A stretch of DNA of 6,982 nucleotides, from IMG/VR virus record IMGVR_UViG_3300042557_001444, positions 1 to 6,982 of that record, one strand, 5' to 3'. The DNA comes from a virus. The position numbers were made by a program, and so were the translations under genes. Below are positions 1 to 6,305 of the stretch, piece after piece (the stretch's first letter is position 1; the number at the start of each line of letters is the position of its first letter). The notes beneath the pieces are model-generated. The model made no database searches. It was given only the letters and a program-made list of their open reading frames with translations, and had not been told where the DNA came from.

Positions 1-29
1 AGAAGAATCAAAGTACGCAAAAGATTATT

Positions 30-251
30 ATGTGGTTAAAAACGTATAAAATTAACAATGAATATATTAAAGAGTTTTCCGTTAAATTATTTAAAATACT
101 TTTATTCTCAATGCAATATCACAAAGATGGTGGTTGGTTTAGAATATTCAAAATTGGAATTGCTTGGACAAGAATACCGTTATTCGGTATAAGAAACGGA
201 CACAAAAAGTCGTTAAAAATTAGAAACAATTATTATACATTTATATCATGA
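30..251 (+). CDS. hypothetical small protein (73 aa from ATG 30). The frame is open to the 5' window edge, so this may be the 3' end of a longer gene.
   Basis: It has the same orientation as the downstream genes. Its TGA (249-251) overlaps the next gene's ATG (248-250) in an ATGA junction typical of translational coupling. There is no in-frame stop between nt 3 and 30. I recognise no family. Confidence 0.4.
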   Translation: MWLKTYKINNEYIKEFSVKLFKILLFSMQYHKDGGWFRIFKIGIAWTRIPLFGIRNGHKKSLKIRNNYYTFIS

Positions 252-1444
252 AATTTAAATTAGAATATGTTTGGCTTGATGGTTATAAACCAGAGCCAAA
301 CTTACGAAGTAAAGTCAAAGTCGCAGACATATTAATCAAAGAAGTATCTGATGTTCCTGAGTGGGGATTTGATGGTAGTTCAACAAAACAAGCCGAAGGA
401 TATTCATCCGATTGTTACCTCAAACCTGTTAGGTTATATACTGCCAAAACATATAATGATACAATCTACGTTCTTTGTGAAGTAATGGATAGTAGAGGTA
501 ATGTTCACGAAACAAACGACAGGGCAAAGTTAGGTAAAGAAGATATTAACTTTTGGGTTGGATTTGAACAAGAATATTTTATTCGTTCAGGACATAACAA
601 ACCAATTATTGGATTTAATAATGGTGGCATCATTGACCCTCAAGGAACATATTATTGTGGTGTTGGAGGACAAATGGTTGGAAGAAATTTAACCGAACAA
701 CATTTAGATATGTGTTTAAATTATGGTATTGGTATTGAAGGAACCAACGCTGAGGTCGCATTAGGGCAATGGGAATACCAAGTGTTTGCTAAAGGTAAAG
801 TACAAGCTGCTGACGACCTATGGATGTCTCGTTACTTCCTCTACAAAATTGCCGAAAAAGAAGGATATCAAATTGAATTACATCCAAAACCTTTAACAAC
901 AGGAGATTGGAATGGTTCAGGTCTTCATACCAACTTCTCAAACAAAAGAATGAGAGAAACAGGAGGAGAAGAATACTTCAACTCAATCTTCAAAGTATTT
1001 GAATCAAGAGCAAAAGAACATATTGAAAACTATGGTTCAGAAAATCACTTAAGGCTAACAGGTAAACACGAGACACAGTCAATTGATAAATTTAGTTGGG
1101 GTATATCTGACAGAGGAGCTTCAATCAGGGTTCCAAAATCTGTGGGTGAAACTTGGAAAGGTTATCTTGAAGATAGAAGACCAGCATCTAATGCAAACCC
1201 ATACCGTATTCTAAATGTTATTTCTGAATCATTGGATTTGGCTAAGGATTTGGATGAAACATTACATGTCATGTACGATGATATTGATACAAGTAAGTTA
1301 AGTGAAAAGTTTGGAACATTATCAAGTAATGATTTGTTGGAAGAATATAAGTATGACGAACAATATGAACTTGAAGAAGAAATTATGGAATCAAGGGCAA
1401 ATGTTCCGTCAGAAGAAATTAAATTTAATTTAAATGGAAAATAA
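248..1444 (+). CDS. glnII: glutamine synthetase, type II (eukaryote-like GSII), with an acidic C-terminal extension
   Basis: The 398-aa ORF carries GSII signature blocks along its whole length: EWGFDGSSTKQAEG (beta-grasp N-domain), GFEQEYF, GTNAEVALGQWEYQV, HPKP..GDWNGSGLHTNFS, RLTGKHETQSIDKFSWGISDRGASIRVP and YLEDRRPASNANPY. These are near-identical to the human and plant GS blocks I recall (NAEVMPAQWEFQ, GNWNGAGCHTNFS, RLTGFHETS, YFEDRRPSANCDP). Confidence 0.92.
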   Translation: MKFKLEYVWLDGYKPEPNLRSKVKVADILIKEVSDVPEWGFDGSSTKQAEGYSSDCYLKPVRLYTAKTYNDTIYVLCEVMDSRGNVHETNDRAKLGKEDINFWVGFEQEYFIRSGHNKPIIGFNNGGIIDPQGTYYCGVGGQMVGRNLTEQHLDMCLNYGIGIEGTNAEVALGQWEYQVFAKGKVQAADDLWMSRYFLYKIAEKEGYQIELHPKPLTTGDWNGSGLHTNFSNKRMRETGGEEYFNSIFKVFESRAKEHIENYGSENHLRLTGKHETQSIDKFSWGISDRGASIRVPKSVGETWKGYLEDRRPASNANPYRILNVISESLDLAKDLDETLHVMYDDIDTSKLSEKFGTLSSNDLLEEYKYDEQYELEEEIMESRANVPSEEIKFNLNGK

Positions 1445-1718
1445 TAATATGAAAGAGAATTGTATATGTAATGGTGAAGGACCTTGTCAGTGTAGTGTTC
1501 CTAAAGAAATGGTTAATCACCCTAGTCACTATGGTGGAGAAGATAACCCATATGAGGCGATTAAAGTTATTGAGACTTGGGACTTAGATTTCCACCTTGG
1601 TAATACAGTGAAGTATATTTCAAGGGCGGGAAAAAAAGGAACAGACAAAGAACTTCAAGATTTGAAGAAGGCCTTATGGTATCTTGAAAGAAAAATACAG
1701 AACTTGGAGAGTTTGTAA
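1434..1718 (+). CDS. DUF3310-family phage protein with an N-terminal CxC-x5-CxC cluster
   Basis: NHPSHYGG..YEAIKVIETW.LDFHLGNTVKYISRAGKKG..DLKKALWYLERKI fits the DUF3310 (PF11753) core as I remember it (HY.., KY[IL]xRxxxK, DLxKAxxYL). ATG 1434 overlaps the glnII 3' end by 11 nt. An alternative ATG at 1449 lies just past the glnII stop. Confidence 0.75.
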   Translation: MENNNMKENCICNGEGPCQCSVPKEMVNHPSHYGGEDNPYEAIKVIETWDLDFHLGNTVKYISRAGKKGTDKELQDLKKALWYLERKIQNLESL

Positions 1719-1744
1719 TTCAAATAAAAATACCTATACTTTTA
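1712..1744 (+). promoter_or_regulatory. possible Bacteroidota-type promoter for the methyltransferase gene (imperfect)
   Basis: TTTG (1712-1715), a 21-nt spacer, then TACTTTTA (1737-1744). This matches TAnnTTTG except for the final G>A. An A10 leader (1744-1753) follows, then ATG 1755. Confidence 0.3.
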
Positions 1745-1754
1745 AAAAAAAAAT

Positions 1755-2618
1755 ATGAAGAACTTAGAAGAGATTATAAATACGATTATTAATGGAGATT
1801 CAGTTGAAGTAATGAAAGAAATGCCGAATTCTTTTGTTGATTTGGTTGTTACTAGTCCAAAATATAATGTGGGTATTGATTATGATAGTTGTGACGATAG
1901 AATGTCCATGGAGGATTATTGGGAATGGACAAAACAATGGTTAACTGAGACATTTAATGTTTTGAAAGATGATGGTCGTATTGCAATAAACATTCCATAT
2001 GAAGTGAATGTGCAAGACCGAGGTGGACGAGTGTTGTTTATGTCTGAGTTTTGGTCAGTAATGAAAGAAGTGGGGTTCCAATTCTATGGGTTGGTTGACC
2101 TTGATGAAAACTCACCACACAGAAGTAAGACCACAGCTTGGGGTTCATGGATGAGTCCTTCAAGTCCTTACATATATAACCCAAAAGAGTGTGTTATATT
2201 AGCCTACAAGAAAGACCGTATTAAAAAGATTAAAGGGGAACCTCAATGGAAAGCCGAGATGGTTGACATGGAACAAGAGGATGGAACCATAAAAACTAAA
2301 GCGGTTTATCAAGAAGAGGACAAGAAAGAATTTATGTCTTTGGTTTATGGTCAATGGGAATATTTTGCGGATACAAAACAACAAACTAAGGCAACATTCT
2401 CAATGGACATCCCAATGAAAGCAATTAAGATTCTTACATATAAGAATGATATTGTTCTTGACCCATTCGCTGGCAGCGGGACTAGTTTGGTTGCTGCGGA
2501 AACCTTGGGTCGCAGGTGGATTGGTATTGAACTGAGTGAAAACTATACCAAAGTTGGAAGAGAACGGGTTCAACATTTTGTTGATTTAAATAAACAAACT
2601 AAAATAGAATTTAAGTAA
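1755..2618 (+). CDS. DNA methyltransferase, N6_N4_Mtase family (beta class, motif IV before motif I); orphan
   Basis: The catalytic motif IV region is DLVVTSPKYN, with SPKY at nt 1854-1865. The AdoMet-binding motif I is VLDPFAGSGTSLVAAETLGRRWIGIEL, starting at nt 2454, near the C-terminus. This order is typical of beta-class N4-C/N6-A methyltransferases (PF01555). No endonuclease-like neighbour is present. Confidence 0.88.
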   Translation: MKNLEEIINTIINGDSVEVMKEMPNSFVDLVVTSPKYNVGIDYDSCDDRMSMEDYWEWTKQWLTETFNVLKDDGRIAINIPYEVNVQDRGGRVLFMSEFWSVMKEVGFQFYGLVDLDENSPHRSKTTAWGSWMSPSSPYIYNPKECVILAYKKDRIKKIKGEPQWKAEMVDMEQEDGTIKTKAVYQEEDKKEFMSLVYGQWEYFADTKQQTKATFSMDIPMKAIKILTYKNDIVLDPFAGSGTSLVAAETLGRRWIGIELSENYTKVGRERVQHFVDLNKQTKIEFK

Positions 2619-2642
2619 AAGGGTTTAACGACCCTTTTTTTT
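2619..2642 (+). terminator. intrinsic (rho-independent) terminator after the methyltransferase gene
   Basis: AAGGGT (2619-2624), loop TTAACG, then ACCCTT (2631-2636), running into a run of 8 T (2635-2642) immediately after the TAA stop at 2616-2618. Confidence 0.7.
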
Positions 2643-2673
2643 GTTTTATGGATATTTATAATTAAAACAAAAA

Positions 2674-3705
2674 ATGAGCCAAATCATAATAACTGAAAAA
2701 CAATTGGAGATAATCACCGATAATGTTTTAAGTGGAAAAAAAACATCTAAACAAACAATTAACGAATCTTTATTTAGCATTGAGAATCTTTTAATGGCGG
2801 CTGGGTTTGTGCCTGTAATCGGTGAGGTTGCTGACATAGCACTTATTTGTTATTATCTTTATAAGGGGGAAAAGTTATACGCAGCATTAATGTTGATTGC
2901 TTTAATCCCAACGGTTGGAGACTTTATTGCCAAACCAATTATTAAATTATTCAAAGGTAGTAGAGAAGGTACAATGGCAATGAAAGCTGGTGGTAAAACA
3001 TTATCAGAATATTTGGCAAAAAATCCTCAAATGGCGACAAAATTTAGTAGTTTAGGTAAATATGTTAATGAACCTGCAGTCCAAAAAACTGTTAGAGGTA
3101 TTGAAAATGTTAGTCCTGGATTGGGAGCAAAATTAAGAAGTGGATTAGATATGATTACTGGTAATAAAGCTTTAAGTGGTATCAAGGCAGGTGGTAAAGA
3201 GGTTATAGCAGGTGGAAGTTTTAAAACAGGATTAAAAGATTATTTCCAAGGACAAAGATTATCTAAGTATTTTGAAAAACGTGGTGTTCTACCTGAAACA
3301 GGTATTAAAAGATGGTGGTTAAATGTTGGAGCAAGACAAGATAGAAGAAATGCTTTTAGACAATTTATAGCAGCAAATAATTTATTAGCTTACTTTGGAA
3401 TACCATCATTATCTACTTTTGAAAGAAAATTATCAGATGATGCCGAATTTAGAAAAAAAGTTGCGGAAGACCCAAAAACAAGTGATTATATCGCACAAAA
3501 TTTTGAAAAAGAAGATATGGTGACAAAACAAGAAACTCCTGATTCAGGACCATCTAAAGAAGAAATAAACCAATATATTAAAGATAGAAACTCAGGTAAA
3601 TCTGCAAGTTCGTTGTTTTCTAGTGGAGGTCTTAATCTTTCAAATAAAGAAGGGTTCTCAAATATTTTCACTACAATATTTGGTGGTTCACCACAAATGG
3701 CATAA
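2674..3705 (+). CDS. hypothetical membrane protein (N-terminal TM hairpin, Gly/Lys-rich C-terminal region)
   Basis: This is a 343-aa ORF. Residues ~40-85 form two hydrophobic segments (LLMAAGFVPVIGEVADIALICYYLY and LYAALMLIALIPTVGDFIAKPII), each holding a [VI]P-x-[IV]-G-[ED] motif. The rest is polar with many G and K. An A-rich leader precedes it. It is the first gene after the terminator. Confidence 0.7.
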   Translation: MSQIIITEKQLEIITDNVLSGKKTSKQTINESLFSIENLLMAAGFVPVIGEVADIALICYYLYKGEKLYAALMLIALIPTVGDFIAKPIIKLFKGSREGTMAMKAGGKTLSEYLAKNPQMATKFSSLGKYVNEPAVQKTVRGIENVSPGLGAKLRSGLDMITGNKALSGIKAGGKEVIAGGSFKTGLKDYFQGQRLSKYFEKRGVLPETGIKRWWLNVGARQDRRNAFRQFIAANNLLAYFGIPSLSTFERKLSDDAEFRKKVAEDPKTSDYIAQNFEKEDMVTKQETPDSGPSKEEINQYIKDRNSGKSASSLFSSGGLNLSNKEGFSNIFTTIFGGSPQMA

Positions 3706-3727
3706 AACTAATTATATTAATAAAACT

Positions 3728-4093
3728 ATGGCAAAGAAAATTATAAAACTAACTGAAAACGATTTAAGAAATATCGTTAAAAGAGTAATTTCAGAACAAA
3801 CTGAAAACTATAATATTAACATGGCAATCCAATGTTTCTTAAATAAAAAAGGAATTAAAGATGACGCAGGACAACCATTAAAAATGGATGGTAGTATCGG
3901 TAATTTACCTAACTCTAAAAGTGCTCAAGCAATTGCAAAATACCAATCAAGTATTGGTGTTGATAATGATGGAGTATGGGGTTACGACACTAATACTAAG
4001 ATGCCACCAAAAGATAAAATGATATACAAACAATGTATATCTGACCACGGAGATTTATTTGATAAAGGATTACACTTATTTGGACTTGACTAA
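3728..4093 (+). CDS. small protein with a peptidoglycan-binding (PG_binding_1-like) domain
   Basis: The sequence IQCFLNKKGI..(x8)..MDGSIG..SAQAIAKYQSSIGVDNDGVWGYDTNTKM follows the PG_binding_1 pattern (LQ..L..G....DG.fG..T..Av..fQ...gl..dG.vg..T). I use ATG 3728 (MAKKII...) rather than the upstream non-ATG start at 3623, which overlaps the previous gene by 83 nt. Confidence 0.6.
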   Translation: MAKKIIKLTENDLRNIVKRVISEQTENYNINMAIQCFLNKKGIKDDAGQPLKMDGSIGNLPNSKSAQAIAKYQSSIGVDNDGVWGYDTNTKMPPKDKMIYKQCISDHGDLFDKGLHLFGLD

Positions 4094-4096
4094 CTA

Positions 4097-5494
4097 ATGA
4101 AAAGAAGGATAACAGAATCAGGAATACGTGATATTTCCGCTTTAAGAAAAAGATATCCTAAAGCAGAAATATATTTTCACCAAGATTTAGATGGTGTCAC
4201 AACAGCAATTGCAATGAAAAAATACCTTGAAGACAATGGTATTGATGTAATTGATTCACACGTAATTCAATATGGTGATAAAGAGTTTGCAGTTAAGAAA
4301 CTTGATGCAACAGGTGATGTTATGCCAGTCTTAGTTGATTTTGCTCACGGTAAACCAATGTTCGTTATTCATACTGACCACCACGATAGACAAGCAGGTG
4401 CTGAAGATACTAAGTCTACATCATTCAGGTCTTCTCGTTCAAACGTTGAAACGATATCTCAAGTAGTATCTCCAAAAGATTTATTTCCCTCTTCAGATGT
4501 GTTATTAATCAATACTGTTGACTCTGCGGATTATGCAAAACATGATATTACTCCTGATGAAGTTGTTAATTATATCTTTAGATTAGATAAAGACAAATCA
4601 TTACAAAAGAATAAAATGTTAATGGGTCTTGTTATTAACAAGTTATTATTAGCATTTAAAAACAAAAAAGGTTTTTTAGAAGGGTTAGTTAAAAATTCGG
4701 AACCATCTTTATTGTCTATTTTGACAAACATTAGAGAATGGATGAAACAAACAAACGCTGTAAAACCTGAAGAATTACAAAAAAATGCCGAAGCATATAA
4801 AGAAACAATGAAAGGTTATCCTAAAGTTGAGGATAATATCATATTTCAATATGGTGGAGGTTCAATGATTAAACCAGGTTCTTATGATAGATACACACCA
4901 TTTAGAAACAATCCTGAAGCCGATTTCTTAATCATGGCTTGGCCTATGGGGTTAGTACAAGCATCTTGTAATCCTTTCAAAAAAGAAAGAGAACTTAAAG
5001 GTGTTAATTTGGGTGAAATAGCTCAAGAGGTAATATCTAAATGGGAAGACCAATTAAAATTAAGAACAATTCCATTATCTACAATCAAATGGGTTAGTGA
5101 AACATCTGCAACACCTGAGAGTGTTGGATTTACATTTAAAGATTTTAAAGCGTTATATGGTGATAAGTTTACAACCATGGAAGGCGGTGAAAAAGTTTTG
5201 GACCATATTCAAGATATGATGGAAACACCATTTACTGACTTAACAGAAGAACACAAAGAAATGTTAGATAAGATTGGTATCAATGCTTGGGATTTAATTC
5301 AGGCTAATTCAGGTGGACACAAATGTATTACAAACATATCTGGTTTAAATTATTTAGGTAGAGGTAAAAGACCACCTCAAGGTCAATATAGATACGACTC
5401 TGAAAAAGACGACTCACCTTCAGTTAAGTTTACAAAAATGATTGCTCAGGAGTTTGAGAGAGTTTTAAAAGAAAAGATTGCTGAATCAAAATAA
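4097..5494 (+). CDS. DHH/DHHA1-family phosphoesterase (NrnA/RecJ-like superfamily)
   Basis: Ordered DHH motifs are present: I, FHQDLDGV (from nt 4178); II, VLVDFAHG; III, IHTDHHD (DHH at 4376-4384); IV, INTVDSADY. The DHHA1 motif is SGGHKCITNISG (GGH at 5312-5320). The gene starts 3 nt after the previous stop. Confidence 0.8.
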   Translation: MKRRITESGIRDISALRKRYPKAEIYFHQDLDGVTTAIAMKKYLEDNGIDVIDSHVIQYGDKEFAVKKLDATGDVMPVLVDFAHGKPMFVIHTDHHDRQAGAEDTKSTSFRSSRSNVETISQVVSPKDLFPSSDVLLINTVDSADYAKHDITPDEVVNYIFRLDKDKSLQKNKMLMGLVINKLLLAFKNKKGFLEGLVKNSEPSLLSILTNIREWMKQTNAVKPEELQKNAEAYKETMKGYPKVEDNIIFQYGGGSMIKPGSYDRYTPFRNNPEADFLIMAWPMGLVQASCNPFKKERELKGVNLGEIAQEVISKWEDQLKLRTIPLSTIKWVSETSATPESVGFTFKDFKALYGDKFTTMEGGEKVLDHIQDMMETPFTDLTEEHKEMLDKIGINAWDLIQANSGGHKCITNISGLNYLGRGKRPPQGQYRYDSEKDDSPSVKFTKMIAQEFERVLKEKIAESK

Positions 5495-5833
5495 GTATTC
5501 AACGGTGTCACCAGGTTCAATACCTAATTCTTCACAAGAACCACCTTCAATTTCTAATACGATATTTCCGTTACCACAGTAACTCCCACACATGTCACCT
5601 TCACACGGAGGACAGTCGTGGTGGATATTAACTATTACATTATTTTTAATTATTATTATATCTAAAGGCACAATACAATTCTTCATCCAAAAACATTGTT
5701 TATCTCCACCCATCAGAAATAATAGACCATCAAAAGTTTCATCAAACTTTTTACCCATCATGCCAACATATTTTGATTTTTCATCAATTAATGTTTTGAC
5801 ATTAAAAATATTTTGATTAACTTTGACTCTCAT
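5486..5833 (-). CDS. DUF192-family protein (COG1430) with a Cys-rich insertion
   Basis: It contains YVGMMGKK..DGLLFLM...CFWMKNCIVPLDIIIIKNN.IV.I.....P........VLEIEGG...LGIEPGDTV, which matches the DUF192 core (GLMgR..GMLF..fWMknt.ipLDiiFi..vLEl.aG..gi.Gd.v). I prefer the ATG at 5833 (MRVKV), which gives a complete domain. The longer ORF from 5893 would add a hydrophobic 20 aa but would overlap the Nudix gene by 47 nt. Confidence 0.72.
   Translation of the reverse strand: MRVKVNQNIFNVKTLIDEKSKYVGMMGKKFDETFDGLLFLMGGDKQCFWMKNCIVPLDIIIIKNNVIVNIHHDCPPCEGDMCGSYCGNGNIVLEIEGGSCEELGIEPGDTVEYLF
5795..5825 (+). promoter_or_regulatory. Bacteroidota-type promoter (-33 TTTG / -7 TAnnTTTG) for the Nudix gene
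   Basis: TTTG (5795-5798), a 19-nt spacer, then TAACTTTG (5818-5825), 21 nt upstream of ATG 5847. It lies inside the 5' part of the opposite-strand DUF192 gene. Confidence 0.6.
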
Positions 5834-5846
5834 AACAATAAATACA

Positions 5847-6266
5847 ATGAATGCTAAAAGATACGTTGGTGTTATCGTAAAATACCAAGACAAATTTTTA
5901 ATCTGTAAAAGAAATGATGAGGGTTTAGGACAAGGTGAATGGTCAATACCCGCAGGTAAAGTTGATGGAGATGAAAAACTTGAAGTTTCAGCTAAAAGGG
6001 AATTCTTTGAAGAAACCGCGGTTAATATTGATGACCAAGAACTAAAGTTTGCTGGAATGATACCAAGGTATACTAGAGATGGTTCTAAAATGAAAGGATT
6101 AATGTATACTTATCAAATTGATGTTAAAGTATCACTTAAACCTAATTTGGAAGAAGCCATTGATGGGAGTGAACACACAGAATGGGGTTATTTTACGTTG
6201 AATGAGATGAAAAACATGAAAATTAATACTTTTTTGTATAAATTGTTTGAATTTATTTCAATTTAG
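5847..6266 (+). CDS. Nudix hydrolase
   Basis: The Nudix box GKVDGDEKLEVSAKREFFEETAV (nt 5955-6023) fits Gx5Ex7REUxEExGU, with A in place of the last G. I chose ATG 5847 (MNAKRY...). The TTG at 5823 given in the ORF track lies inside the -7 promoter box. Confidence 0.85.
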   Translation: MNAKRYVGVIVKYQDKFLICKRNDEGLGQGEWSIPAGKVDGDEKLEVSAKREFFEETAVNIDDQELKFAGMIPRYTRDGSKMKGLMYTYQIDVKVSLKPNLEEAIDGSEHTEWGYFTLNEMKNMKINTFLYKLFEFISI

Positions 6267-6305
6267 TTGACTTTTGAGATAAGTAGACTATATTTATAAT
6301 CTCAT

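Noticed and set aside
1744-1753. A10 homopolymer immediately 5' of the methyltransferase ATG as a slipped-strand phase-variation switch
   Set aside because: The tract is outside the ORF, so length changes would not shift the frame. A-rich leaders occur before most genes here and are the normal Bacteroidota translation-initiation context. Similar A8-A9 runs occur at 6408-6416 and 6690-6697.
2199-2384. 61-aa minus-strand ORF inside the methyltransferase gene. The same applies to 2646-2837(-), 3486-3671(-) and 5592-5816(+).
   Set aside because: All are shadow ORFs antisense to genes with strong family signatures. They have hydrophobic, low-complexity translations typical of antisense AT-rich coding DNA. 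No independent support exists.
1755-2618. Complete restriction-modification system
   Set aside because: There is no endonuclease-like ORF on either side. The upstream neighbour is DUF3310. A terminator and then a membrane protein lie downstream. An orphan phage methyltransferase is the simpler reading.
3623-3727. Upstream start (MEVLIFQ...) for the peptidoglycan-binding protein ORF
   Set aside because: It would overlap the previous gene by 83 nt in another frame and does not begin with ATG. ATG 3728 sits 22 nt after the upstream stop, has an A-rich leader, and yields the N-terminal motif shared with neighbouring genes.
5823-5846. TTG start for the Nudix ORF as given in the ORF track
   Set aside because: The TTG is part of the TAACTTTG -7 promoter box (5818-5825), so it would lie upstream of the transcription start. 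ATG 5847 is the first start codon compatible with that promoter.
6267-6294. Sigma-70-like promoter TTGACT-N16-TATATT right after the Nudix stop
   Set aside because: It is a good match to the enterobacterial consensus. However, every other signal in the window points to a Bacteroidota host, whose sigma-A does not use -35/-10 hexamers. Such matches also arise easily in AT-rich DNA. I keep it only as a remote possibility.
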